Positions 1-12,079 of a stretch of 64,000 nt of DNA are shown piece by piece; the stretch's first letter is position 1, and each line of letters begins with the position of its first letter. Source of the stretch: Vezdaea acicularis (lineage: Eukaryota); assembly GCA_026025075.1 (NCBI GenBank), contig JAPEUI010000019.1, forward strand, positions 1 through 64,000, read 5' to 3'. The position numbers and the translations under genes are program-made. The notes beneath the pieces were generated by a model. The model was not told where the DNA came from and did no database searches. It was given only the letters and a program-made list of their open reading frames with translations.

Positions 1-59
1 TTCTCTAGTCATGCATCAACGATATCGTGCTGTACACTGACTCAATTTCTTCGTATCAG

Positions 60-825
60 GCCGAACATCCCCGAAGCCGAACAGGAAAACATCCTCGAGC
101 TCCTCTGCAACCTCCTATCTCCCATCGACCACCATCGCCAGGCTCAACCCCGATCGAAGGGCAAACGCAGCAAGAAGCGCAAAAGAGCAGCAGACTCCCA
201 ACCAACCCCCAGCGATGAAGTCCCAAGCCGCACAGATCCGCCCGAGATAACCAAGCACCTCACCATCGGCTTCAACAGCACGAACCAGGCCCTCGAGGCC
301 CTCGCGCAGCTCTCACGCCCGTCCAGCATGGCTTCTCTACGACCAGGAAAAGCTTCCACGGCCCCTGACCCCGCGTCCGCATCGGAGAAACCCTCGGTGG
401 CATTGAAGCCACTGGCCGTCATATTCTTCCGCCGGTCCGACCAGGCCCTCGGTATATCCTCCCACCTTCCCCTCCTCAGCCACGTCGCATCCCTAGCATT
501 CCCCAACTCGTCCCCCACGCGCCTCGTGGCGCTCCCCGCAGCCGCAGAGGCGCGGCTTGCGGAATGTCTGGGGATCCCCCGCGTTTGCTTCTTGGGTCTG
601 CTGGAAGACGCGCCGGGCGCTGAGAACGTGATCAGGTATATCCGTGAGCACGTTGCAGTCGTGAGTGTCCCCTGGCTTTCCGAAGCGTCGCAGGGAACAT
701 ATCTTCCGCTTCAGGTCAAGGAGGTTTCGGTGGCGCCGAAGAGTGGAAATGTGCCGGCGGGGTTGAGTGCGAAGAAAGCTATAAGGGAGGCCAAACAGAA
801 TAATAAGAAATCCAAGGCGTCCTAA
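60..825 (+). CDS. POP3: RNase P/MRP subunit Pop3 (last exon; 5' part lies outside the window)
   Basis: An intron 3' end (CTGAC...TATCAG) closes at 59. The frame is then open 61-825: ILELLCNLLSPI...SKGKR, PPEITKHLTIGFNST, HLPLL, RLVALP...AEARLAECLGIPRVCFLGL, VPWL. These motifs are typical of fungal Pop3. Confidence 0.8.
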
Positions 826-1817
826 CCATGATACCTCTCTTATCCAGTCTTGCCTTCCGACAAGACCGTTCTCATGGCTTGTCCCTCTATTGAAAATAAC
901 ATATATATCGATGCCCGAGCGATCTACCGCTTTAACACATCCAGAAAAGCTTACTTCCCCCTATCTCATCATCTCAAACACCCCCCTCTCCCCCCTCCCT
1001 CAATCCCCCCATATCCCAAGCCACGGAACATCCAAAAGGCCCTCACCCCCCTTCGCCCTCCCCACCACCACCTCTCTTTCCCCCGATACGACCAGCCAGC
1101 GAAACTCCTCTAAGTCCCACCTAACGCAATTAATCCCTCTCCGCCTCGCCCATGCCGTCACAACAAGGTCAATCCACAATCTTTTCGTACACTCAACCAA
1201 GCCCACAAGCTCGCGCGCACATCAAAATCGTCTTAATCACAAGCATAAAGACATCGATTCGTTATCATATACCATCGTAACATAGTTCTATTGATCAGCA
1301 ACAAACATCTAAGTTAAATCAGCATAGTAAACATCTCCTCGCCACCTACCGAAACCGCAGGCGCGAAGCACAATCTGCCACCAACCACGCGCTCAGTTAG
1401 GAGGAGCCAGCAAATCTCCACCAAGTCTCACAAAATCATTTCGCTTGTGTGTGTGAGCGTCCCGAGTTTGTGGAATGCGGTGGGCGTGATAAAAGGGGTG
1501 GAGATGGAATCCGGAAAGGTCCCCTTTCGCGGCCGCTTCAAAAGTTCCCGCTTCGGTTAATTTTTGGGATAACACTCCTCGATTATTTGACGAGCACGCC
1601 AGAGAAACAAAGAGCACCCAACAAAGCGGGGGGAGAGAGGGGCAAAAAGTAGCTAGGAAAAAGCTAGTAATTCAAGCTCTTACACCGCGTTGCCGCTACG
1701 CTATCTATCCGTTTATCAAGCTGTCCATCTACTCCTGCTCCACGCCACGATCCAAGCCCAGTAAGCGCTATGTATCCATCAGCTATCGAAGTAAGCAAAT
1801 ACCATACCCCTTTTTCC

Positions 1818-3866
1818 TCAAGAGCCGCCGCCGCCATCTCGAGAGATTTTCTTGCTATTGTCGTTACTGTCATTATTCTTCTTCTTTACCGGAACACTCT
1901 CCCGTTGATCCTTGATGTCTCCACCTGCGGCCACCGTGTGGTCAAATGGACTACTACTACGATCCTCCTCCCGAGAAGCCCAAGGCGTATGTCCATCCAC
2001 CCCTGGGACTCGCCACGTGGGCGTAACCGGGGATGATACACCACCCTGGCTTTCCTGCCCGGCGGCGCCAGTAGTTTCCAGCGTAAAAGCCGATTTGGCA
2101 CCGAAAGCTGCAGATCTTGGCCTGCGAGGCTGGATGGGCGCAGCGTTGCTACCGGTGAAGGTGATCCTCTTTCTTGGGGCGGGCGTGGGAGAAATCTCGG
2201 GCGGTTCGGGACTGTCAGAGCTGAGGTCTGCGAGGCGGGCTAGGCGGGCGGGGTTCATCATTGGACTGGAGTCGTTGTGGATTCGAGGTGGGAGAGGAGC
2301 TGGTGTGTCATCGTTCTTGGTTTGACGCGTTGCGGGGGTTGCTGTAGCTTCGGTCCAAAGATTCTTACCAGCTGCAGATGATGGCTCTTCTGATGTGATG
2401 TCATCTGCTGCTTGGATGTCCGTAGTGCCGGATTTGCCACTAGTCTCTCTCTCCCAGTCTTTCGAAGGCTCATCCTCTGCCCTCTCATCGTAGAGGCCCG
2501 ACCAATCGACCTTCCGGGCATCCTCACGTCCAGCCACAGGACGCGCCAGCTTCTCATAATCGTTCGAACCCCACGTACCCGCCGGATCGTCAGGATCGCC
2601 CATCGGTATTATTCCATTCATGGGGTGTCCGGCCGGGCTCTTATTCGGTGAACGGACGCTGTTCCAGCCCGGAGCTTCATCGAAATTCTCGGCTTCGGGA
2701 ACAAAGAGCGGAGCCGTCAAAGAAATCCCCCTTTTCGCAGAGCCCGGGACCCCCGCACCACCCCACTCTTGGAACCCGGAGTAAGCTAGATCATTTGCAT
2801 TCGAAGGCTCAGCTACATCTGCTTGAGCGTCACTACCCTTAGGCAATGCCGCGTCAGTATTATCCTGTTCAGTCACCCAAGGTTCCGCCATCGTAGTATT
2901 ACCCCACTCGTCCACAGAGGTTTGCCCCGTCGTTGTATTCCCCGAGTCCTGCACGCCCCATCCCTCAAAAGCATTCGTAGCAGTATCGTCCGCGGCAGTC
3001 GCTTTGGCTTTTCCCTTCTTCTGAGAAACGCCTAGCTTGTCGGTATTATCTCCAGTCCAATCCATGAAATTACCGGCATCCATGTCGTTAGCACCCCAGC
3101 CGCGAGAGACGTTCACAGCGTTTGATGTACGTGCGTTTGAAGCCGTTGCCCCTGCTCGATGGTCTTGATCGTTCAAATTAGTCCCAACCCCAAATCCAGT
3201 ATCTTCGGCAGTGCCCCATCCACCTGAGGTATCACCCGCATTGGTGCCGATACCATCTTGAGCAACTCCGAAGCCTGACGTGTTCTCCACGCCCCAGGCA
3301 CCGGCGAAGTCCGTGACATTAGTGCCACCTTGGTTCTGAGCAGTCCCGGTGCCTGAGATGTCCTCTGCGCCCCAGCCAGAGTTTGCATCGGTCGCAGCAG
3401 TTTTTTCCCAGTGCTTCATGAGGGCGTCTTGGTCCATGGCAAAGGGATTTCGAGCGGTTGTAGGCAAGTGATTCGTATCTTCCACACGGATAATCAGGTC
3501 TTTAACGGTCTTCAAGGCTTCGTCCGTTGAATCATTGCCGGTGCTTTCCACCTCCTCTACTTTTTTCTTGTCTCCATCGAAAGGGATAGCTCGGTTGAAC
3601 GCCTTGCGAAGGGTCGAGGTGACTCGGGTGGTTCTTGAGAAGCGGAGCAGCTTCGCAAAAGCAGGCCTTTCCCTGAGCAGAGAGTTGAACTTCTCTCGGA
3701 CGACTTTGGGTTCAACGTCCTTCGTGTCAGGTTTCCCGCCGTTGAGAGCTTGGTTGAAACTGGTCGCCAGGTCGAGATCGTCCAGTTGATTGTGCAGCCC
3801 TTTGCACATCATGCACAGAATGATTTGCTCTTCGTTGTTAGTCCATACGCGAGGAGACGGAGCCAT
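1818..3866 (-). CDS. Orphan protein with a folded-looking N-terminus and a GW/WG-repeat low-complexity region
   Basis: 682-codon ATG-initiated ORF with nine Trp residues flanked by Gly. The 3' end may be modified by splicing (intron-like GTATGG...GCTGAT...ATAG at 1768-1807). Confidence 0.75.
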   Translation of the reverse strand: MAPSPRVWTNNEEQIILCMMCKGLHNQLDDLDLATSFNQALNGGKPDTKDVEPKVVREKFNSLLRERPAFAKLLRFSRTTRVTSTLRKAFNRAIPFDGDKKKVEEVESTGNDSTDEALKTVKDLIIRVEDTNHLPTTARNPFAMDQDALMKHWEKTAATDANSGWGAEDISGTGTAQNQGGTNVTDFAGAWGVENTSGFGVAQDGIGTNAGDTSGGWGTAEDTGFGVGTNLNDQDHRAGATASNARTSNAVNVSRGWGANDMDAGNFMDWTGDNTDKLGVSQKKGKAKATAADDTATNAFEGWGVQDSGNTTTGQTSVDEWGNTTMAEPWVTEQDNTDAALPKGSDAQADVAEPSNANDLAYSGFQEWGGAGVPGSAKRGISLTAPLFVPEAENFDEAPGWNSVRSPNKSPAGHPMNGIIPMGDPDDPAGTWGSNDYEKLARPVAGREDARKVDWSGLYDERAEDEPSKDWERETSGKSGTTDIQAADDITSEEPSSAAGKNLWTEATATPATRQTKNDDTPAPLPPRIHNDSSPMMNPARLARLADLSSDSPEPPEISPTPAPRKRITFTGSNAAPIQPRRPRSAAFGAKSAFTLETTGAAGQESQGGVSSPVTPTWRVPGVDGHTPWASREEDRSSSPFDHTVAAGGDIKDQRESVPVKKKNNDSNDNSKKISRDGGGGS

Positions 3867-4815
3867 CTTGAGGGAGCAATGACTCTTTCCGTCTTCTACT
3901 CAAGAGAGATGTCGGTTTACTGGTTCGAAGCAGATCTTAAGTCAAGTAAAGGAAATTTGTAAAGTTTCGAGACTTACACCTGAAAGTCCAGCATTAAGAA
4001 GGGGCGCATGAACACAGAGAAAATTCCTCTGAAGTGGGGTTCTGTGTTGTGTTCATGGCTGGAGCTAGGAGATAATGCGGAGCCTCATTCATGTTCGGTA
4101 ATCGGAGGAATACTCTTTCAGTGTTCTGCGGGATGCTCGCCAGGGAATTATGCTTCGAAAAAGCAAGTCATCAGTGCAGCATTGGCCAGTGGGGTCTGAT
4201 CCAGAAATCAGAGACATAAAAAGAACTTCCATGTCTTTCATCGTCCAATCAGAAGTTGTGTAAGCAAGGAATGCTAGGTTTGGCTGATGTCATGTGTGGC
4301 CTTGAGACACCTGGAAGACACACCACGCAATGGGAAGAATTGAGCGAGACTCAATCCGCACGTTAGTCCCCATTTGAGTGGTCCGTCTTGGCCACAATAG
4401 AAAGATTCAAATCAATGGCTCAAGAACTGACTACAGAATGACTGAGAACCAAACTTGTATGGACAATTACGAAACGTAGAAAAGCCAATTCTCACAAGAG
4501 CATTAGCTGCACGTTACATATTCAATAAGAGACTCATATTACCCTACCGTACGAGCACCGCGGCTGATTTGGCTAGGTATAACCTCGTGAAAAGTCTGAA
4601 GTCGGCCAAAGTTTAGCGCGCTGGGCATGTATAGCCTCTCGTCCCTGCAGTTATGCGATGCTATTTTCTTGCATGTATGACAGAATCACTTCATTCCACA
4701 TGCCTAGTTGAAATTATACTGCAAGACCTTGAAAGCCTTGGCGCAGATAGCCAAACTGACAACAGGTCACAAACCTATACACCGACCCATGCGTTTTGGG
4801 AACGCCACTAATGAT

Positions 4816-7800
4816 TCAATAGATTCCCTGCGTTCGGTACTGGAACGTGTCATAGCTACGATAGAGTCAATCGAGCCCTCAACGAAGCATAACGCAAAGA
4901 GACTTCTCTTACAGCCTGGTATAATAACTCCCGAGAGATTTAGCGATGAGATCCGTCTCAACGAAAGCCTCCGCGTCCTCCTTACTTAGGTGAAGTTGGA
5001 AGCGTTGCCGTAGACTAGCCGTGGTCTGCGCGGCTCCACCGTTAAAGCACGGCATCTTAGAGCTTTTACCCATCATGTCCACGAGCATGATAATGTTATC
5101 TGCAGACTTACGAAGAGCTATCCTCATGTCAGCTAGACAGGTATAAGCCGTACATGGCTCGCTTACCTTGAAACGCCTGCTTGCAAAGCTTCTTGAAGTG
5201 TCCAAAGCGCTCCGATTCTACACCGCCAAGAACGTCAACATAGTCTTGGGTCAGCTTGAATGGTGCCGCTTCGAACCCGACAGATCCGGGAGAATTCGAG
5301 AGCATGAAGCCAAAATCGATATGTATTATATGGCCGTACGAGTCAATTAGTACATTTCCATTGTGCCTGTCCTTGAGCTGGAGAATATATGAAATAATGC
5401 TGTACGCAGCGAGAGATCGCATGAAAGCATCCTCCGCCTCCTTATAGGTATCGGTGTCTGGTTCGCCGAACGTCTTGATAAAATGATCTCGTAAGGTCGC
5501 AATTCGGCTCCGAGGATTCTTCCCTGATGAGATCGTGGCCAGAGTAAGGCTTCGTTTTAAAGAATGCAGAGAAACGCCGTTCGTGATCGTCTCGATCAAG
5601 CCTGAAGATTCGCCGGTCACTAGAATTCGCATCCGCTTTACCCAAACAGGCACATCCGCGTCCGTCCATATCTTCCAGCAGACCTGGATGAGTTGGCATG
5701 CGAAAGCTTCCTGGCGGAGATCAGCGCCCGTCTTGACAATCACACTCAGAAGATCCCAATTCTTCATCCATCCGTAGGGTGATGACTTTCGAATTCTCTC
5801 CTTTTTGACAGCCCATTCTTCGCCAAATGTCGCGGCACTTGGGTCATCTCTGTCGCCGCGGCGTTGAACGCCGCCAGTTTTCTGGTCGTTCTCCATACGT
5901 GCTGCTCCAGCGCCGTTTGCTTGATCTGGATCCGTGGGCGATTGAAGTTCTAGATCGGCCGATGCATCTGCAACGCTTGGATCCTTTGTGTTGATGATCG
6001 TGTCAAACGTAGGACCATTGGCATGCTCATCTGTAGCAAAGTTCTGTTCTTCTAAGCTCTGCATACTTGCTATTATCTTAGCTTTGATTGCCGCCACCTC
6101 GTCTCTTGGCCTTTTAGAACTACTTGAGTCAAGTTGAGCCAACATATGAGCCGCTGTTCGCATATGTGTCGCAAGCGCAGAGAAGTCTGGCTGATCAGGA
6201 GCTTGTATCCTGGCGTTGGCTGGTAATGTCATCTTTCTCAGTGGATTGGGGCTGCTAGATCTTGGATTTGAGGTATCAGATGTCCTCGGTGTAGCAATTG
6301 ATGAGACTGTCAAGCTGTCGGTCCCGTTCGAGAGGCGTGGGGTTTGAGAAGCTACACTCGTACCCAAGTTTTTCATCGTCGGTTCGACACTCGCACGAGG
6401 TGTTTGTTCGTCGACGTCTTGAATCAATGCAGAGCTGCCGAGGTCTCCAGAAACGGGTTCAAAAACGCTGTCTACGCCGACGTCAGAGGTGTGTTCTTTC
6501 GAATCTTCTCTAGGTGCTTCAGACAAGTCAAAACGCCGCCTCCGTGCGGAGCTCTCGGAGACTATCTCAGTGACTAGGCGCACATTGCTGACTGATTCGG
6601 GGTCGAAATCAAAATCATCTCTCAACACTTCGACCATGAGAAGATAAGGAACTTTTTCGGCGCTATTCAAGACGGTAGCCTCCGCCGGACTCAGTCGGAC
6701 TATTCTATGGTGCTTGCTTCGGCTTGGTTTCCCATCCACCAAGTTGGCAGGACAGATGATCGGAATATCGACTTCAGCTGGTAAGTCTTGTGCTATCAGA
6801 GCTAGCTCTGCTCTCAGCGAGCTCAGACGGGCTGGCTTTGGGACAATCACCAAACGATTTGATATGTCCTCAAGCGCAGTGAGAAATTGGGTTTCGCTTC
6901 GAAAATAATGCGACCTAAGTAAACGTATCTTCTGCGCATTTGAAAGGGTTGCTGGGGCGAGCGGTCGGCTATGATGAGATGATCTTCGCTGGACTCCATC
7001 TAATGGACGCTGAAGGTTTCCATTCGAGGTTGGAGTAGTCGGAATCGATATTGACCTTGGCGCCCGCGTATCAGGCAGTGACGTTGTGCTCGCTATAGCC
7101 TCGGCAGAGTTCAAGAACATCAACGGGGGCCTTTGCGACAGTTCCAGATTTCGATCATTTGATCTCTCTGATGTTGGCCGTGGACCTGAGGAAGACCTTG
7201 GGGGCTTTGGCCTTGGCGTAGCGCCTGGTGTGCGCGGGGATTTTCGAGCACCTCCCCCTGACGCTATTCGAGCTGATCTATCTTTTCGAGCCCTTGTAGA
7301 ACTTGAAGCCACGGTATTGCTCCGCTGTATCTTCTGGGTTTGGCTAGCATCGGATATTGTCTCTCCGGAGTTTCGAGGTTTCCGAGCTTGTGCAATCGCA
7401 AGAGGGCCAGCCCACTTGGGTAAGAATGGAGCAGCGATGCCGGCTAACACAAAGCTTCCCAAAACCGTGACTGGAAGCACGTTGTCCTTCACTTTCTCAC
7501 GTCGCGACGGCTCTGAGACCCCAAACACGATATGCTGGACCTTGTTGTATACTCTCCGACATGTGCGGAAAGCGGTTGATTGAGGATTGCTCGAGAGATC
7601 ATGTAAATAAGTTTGAAACAGCCAGAAAGTCTACATATACGCGTCAGCCTTAATGTACCCATGTACCCAGGGGTATCACATGTCAGGGATGCGTACCAGC
7701 AGAGCGGCATTCACGGATTCCTCGCATAGGTCAATGATGAATTCTTCCAAGGCCATGGAGTCATTGTCAATGCTGATGATGAGGTGACACAGCTGGGGAA

Positions 7801-8018
7801 GGAAAAATTCGATTTCTTCGTAGGAAAACTGTCGAAGCTTCGAGCAGAGAACATAATGGATTCCGACATGGTCGGCATACCGCCTCAAACAAGAGCTGTT
7901 AGTAAAGTCTGGGCCCAGCTATGGAGGTGTCAACATACGATAAATATGCTACAGAAAGAAAAGGGTCATTATTGAAGTGTTCTGACTCTATGAAGCGCTT
8001 TAGGAGTTCCCACGACAT
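4816..8018 (-). CDS. PIK1: Phosphatidylinositol 4-kinase Pik1 (type III beta), multi-exon
   Basis: Starts MSWELLKRFIES. Contains FFLPQLCHL, LNSAEKVPYLL, VKTGADLRQE and KDRHNGN...HIDFGF. The last exon ends YDTFQYRTQGIY* (TGA 4816-4818). Confidence 0.95.
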
Positions 8019-8461
8019 GTGGATCGAAGGAGAATGTGGGGTTCGAGGGCGCTGGTGCAAGACAAGAGCCCCTCCAAATCGTGCGCGGGATTGATACAAT
8101 TTCGACCATCACAGTGTGGAAATCCAATACATTTTGGCAACTGATATAAATGAACTCTGTAAAGAGGGGTATGATGCAATCTGAGGGCGTTGAGGTGATC
8201 GGATCGCGGCTAGGAATTCTACCGGTGAGAGCTTCCAAAAAGCGCGCTTCCTAGCCAATCAAGATATTGGTTTCTGCCCACAGGCCGCACACCGCTAAAT
8301 TTCTCTTGAAGCTTGCTATCCTAACTCACTTCCTCGTCCTAGAAGCTAAGGAAAACAGTTCAACTCGCCTCTAGTTGAATAAAATCTGGGATTAAACTGT
8401 ATGATGCCGGTCATCAACTGAGTGTGCGGTCCAATCTCCAATAATGTCTAATAAGCTCCAC

Positions 8462-10376
8462 ATGCTGCAGAACCTAAGCCGGTCAGCTTCACTGGCAAGA
8501 ATGAAGAACACGAGAAGTCCCCCAAAGATGTAAGGTTTCATTTAGGGCAATGCTAGGGCGACATATTAAATGATAATATAGCTGTTCGCCTTCCTCAAGA
8601 TTCTCCACCTCTCAGGCCAACACTCAATTGAACAAGACCAGCGCACATGTCACGCAACCCAAATCGCAAGGCGCAAGCCAGGCAATGCTCTACGCCACCG
8701 GCCTCGAGCCCTCTGACATGAACAAGGCCCAAGTCGGCATATCCTCCGTCTGGTACTCTGGAAACCCGTGCAATATGCACCTTCTAGAGCTCAACCACCA
8801 GGTCAAAAAGGGTGTGGAGCTCTCGGGTCTGATTGGATACCAATTCAATACTGTTGGAGTCAGCGACGCGATTTCCATGGGGACGAAGGGTATGCGTTAC
8901 TCTCTACAGAGTAGGGACTTGATTGCGGACTCCATTGAGACAGTCATGGGCGGGCAGTGGTATGACGCCAACATCTCAATTCCAGGCTGTGACAAGAACA
9001 TGCCCGGGGTGATTATGGCAATGGGGCGAGTCAATCGGCCGAGCCTCATGGTCTATGGGGGAACTATCAAGCCTGGCTGTGCAAAAACTATGGATAATGC
9101 AGATATCGACATCATCTCGGCCTTCCAGTCCTACGGGCAGTTTCTCTCTGGCGAGATAAACGAGGAGACGCGATTCGACATCATTCGTCACGCCTGTCCT
9201 GGAGGCGGCGCTTGTGGGGGAATGTACACGGCAAACACTATGGCCACTGCGATTGAAGTCATGGGCATGTCCCTCCCTGGCTCGTCTTCAAACCCCGCCG
9301 AATCGCAAGCCAAACAACTGGAATGTCTTGCAGCTGGCGGCGCCATCAAGGAGCTCCTCAAGCGGGACATCCGGCCGTCGGACATCCTCACACGCACCGC
9401 CTTCGAGAACGCCATGGTAGTCACCATGATCACCGGCGGCTCGACCAACGCCGTGCTCCATCTCATCGCCATCGCCGACTCCGTCGGCGTGAAACTCACC
9501 CTTGACGACTTCCAACGCGTCAGCGACCGCACCCCCTTCCTCGCCGACCTGAAACCCTCCGGCAAATACGTCATGGCGGACCTCTACAACATCGGCGGCA
9601 CGCCCGCACTCCTCAAGCTGCTCCTGAAAGAAGGCCTCATCGACGGCAGCGGCATGACCGTCACCGGCAAAACCCTCAAAGAAAACCTCGCCTCCGCCGC
9701 CGACTTCCCCCCCGACCAACAAATCATCCGACCGCTCTCCCACCCCATCAAGAAGACCGGGCACATCCAGATCCTGCGCGGCAGCCTCGCCCCCGGCGGT
9801 TCCGTCGGCAAGATCACGGGGAAAGAGGGCCTCCGCTTCGCCGGCACCGCCAAAGTGTACGACGCCGAAGACGACTTCATCGCCGCCGCCGAGCGCGGCG
9901 ACATCAAGAAGGGCACCAAGACCGTCGTCGTCATCCGCTACGAAGGCCCCAAGGGCGGGCCCGGCATGCCCGAGATGCTCAAGCCCTCGAGCGTGATCAT
10001 GGGCGCTGGCCTCGGCCAGGACGTCGCCCTCATCACCGATGGCCGCTTCAGTGGCGGCAGTCATGGCTTCCTCATCGGTCATATTGTCCCTGAGGCGCAG
10101 GAGGGCGGGCCGATTGGCCTCGTGCGCGATGGGGATCAGATCGTGATTGATGCTGAGACCAGGAGGTTGGATTTGTTGGTGGATGAGGAGGAGTTGGAGA
10201 GGAGGAGGGCGGAGTGGAAGGCGCCCCCGTTGAAGTATCAGAAGGGTACGCTGTTCAAGTATGCGAAGTATGTTATTCCACCCCCCGCGTCGACTTGTCC
10301 GCTTCGTGAGGGTTCACGCTGACTCGGGTCTAGGCTGGTGCAGGATGCAAGTCATGGCTGCATCACAGACGCATAA
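8462..10376 (+). CDS. ILV3: Dihydroxy-acid dehydratase (mitochondrial), introns near both ends
   Basis: Motifs [42 protein letters not shown] and [11 protein letters not shown]. Exon 1 resembles a presequence; the last exon ends GCITDA*. Confidence 0.96.
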
Positions 10377-10465
10377 GAATGATACAGAGGTTTCCCAGAG
10401 CAAACGAAGTCTGATGCCGTGAGCCCATCTAAAAGTCTACTAACGACGTAATTCCGATATGAGAC

Positions 10466-11836
10466 TCAGTCCTCCTTGACCAAACTCCCGTCCAGCATCC
10501 TCCCCTCCCTCGCGCCCCCCTCCGCCCTCCACGTCTCCACGAGCCCCGCCTTCGGATCCTCATCATCCAGCCCCGCACTCTTCCTAACCTTGAGCACCTC
10601 CATCCTAACCCTCTTCGTAACCTCCATCCTGAGGTCCACAGCCTCCTTGCCAAACTTGAGTCTCTCGGACAAGACGCCCATCTCCCGCGGCTCTTCCCCC
10701 TCTCGCTCTGTCAAGGCCTCCCAGCGGCGCCTCAGATCGCCAAAGACGCGCTCGACGTCGACCTCCTGCCCGAAGACGATGCGCACGGCCTCGCCGGTGC
10801 TGGGGAGCCAGCGCGGGCTAGGCCGCTCCTCGTGCATGATGTGCTGCGGGCCATCGATCCAGATGGGGACGAGGCGGGGAAGGGGGTCGGCCTCGAGGAG
10901 GAGGCGGGCGACGCCCCATTTGAAGTAGCGCATGGTGCGGTCCGGGTGCTGGTGGACCTTTCCCTCGGGGAAGATGTGGATCCAGCTGTGGCGGCGGTTA
11001 GGGTAGGCGGAGGGGGCGGGGAAGGTGTCGATGGTGTTGGTGCTGTAGGTCAGGTGGGGTGAGCTGAAGGGGTCGGAGATGTCGGGGGATTTGATAGAGC
11101 GGTTGGGCTTGCTGGCTGAGTGGAGGGATTCGGTAGTGGTGCTGCTTGGGGTGGAGGGGGGCGTGGGGGGCGTGTAAGGGCCGTGGGAGAGGAGGCGGAT
11201 CGTTTGTGTCATGGTGGGTTGGAAGAGACCGCCGTAGGGTGAGTAGGCGATGCGGTGGGTGGGGAGGACTTGGCCGAAAGTGAAGAATGTGGATAGGAAT
11301 CTGGTAGAGTCAGTTTCAGCTTTCTAGTGTGGGTAATCGGGCGTTAGAGGGCTTGGGTGAACCACGTACTTGTTCGTAAAGCAGATATCATAGCTACCAA
11401 GGGTCCAGCGCATGTTATCCGCATTGAAGCAGTAGCGCAATGGCAGGGCGCCCCAAACGAGCGGATCATCAACTCTTTAGATGGACCGTTAGCACACTGG
11501 CTTCCCACGCGAAAGGCTGCTCCACATCAGGTAAGAGCCTGGGTACATACGTACACAGAGATATGGTTTGAGACTAACAAAACACGGGGGTCAGTCGAAG
11601 CCTTAACGATCAGACCATGAATCCAAAGTCTTACCAGTGATCAACCCCCTCTCCCTACCCTCGATATCCTTGCGCTCGTCCAGCACCTGCATAAAGCCAT
11701 CAAGGCCATCTACTTGCGTCTTGCTGAACGCCTTCAACCAGATGCGCGACAGGCCCCCAAACACGCCCATGACGATGTTCGAGCCATAGCGCCAGGGCCG
11801 GCTGGGCGTCGAAGGATGGTCTTCGGTGTCTGACAT
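10466..11836 (-). CDS. TAZ1: Tafazzin (cardiolipin transacylase), 4 exons
   Basis: Spliced RGLITVSNHISVVDDPLVWG (NHxxxxD acyltransferase motif), RWTLGSYDICF and HIFPEGKVHQ...YFKWGVARL. Confidence 0.93.
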
Positions 11837-12079
11837 GATAGTACTACCGGAATTCCATCGGATATTGTGTTGTGTACGGATAACGAGGGTAACACAAGGT
11901 GCGATGGAATAGTTTGGGGGGGAAGATGCAGGAGCAATGATGGCATTCCCGTTCCAGCATTTTTCGCGAGACGACGTCGGCGCAGGAAAAACATGGTTCC
12001 GACGTTCCTCCAAAGTTCCACTAAAACCTATCAAACTCTCACCCAACCGCACATTCCAACCCCCAAAAAACCCACAGCC

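Noticed and set aside
1392..1439. C/D snoRNA-like ATGATT...CTGA on the minus strand
   Set aside because: Too short with a poor C box; better explained as a start codon plus an intron with a CTAAC branch.
1510..1570. GGAAAGGTCCCC and AATTTTTGG resembling RNase MRP or an Sm site
   Set aside because: No partner P4 strand and no snRNA-specific motifs nearby.
9288..10082. Long antisense ORFs over ILV3 (also over URA7 and the 610-aa orphan)
   Set aside because: Shadows of GC-rich codon usage with no independent coding features.
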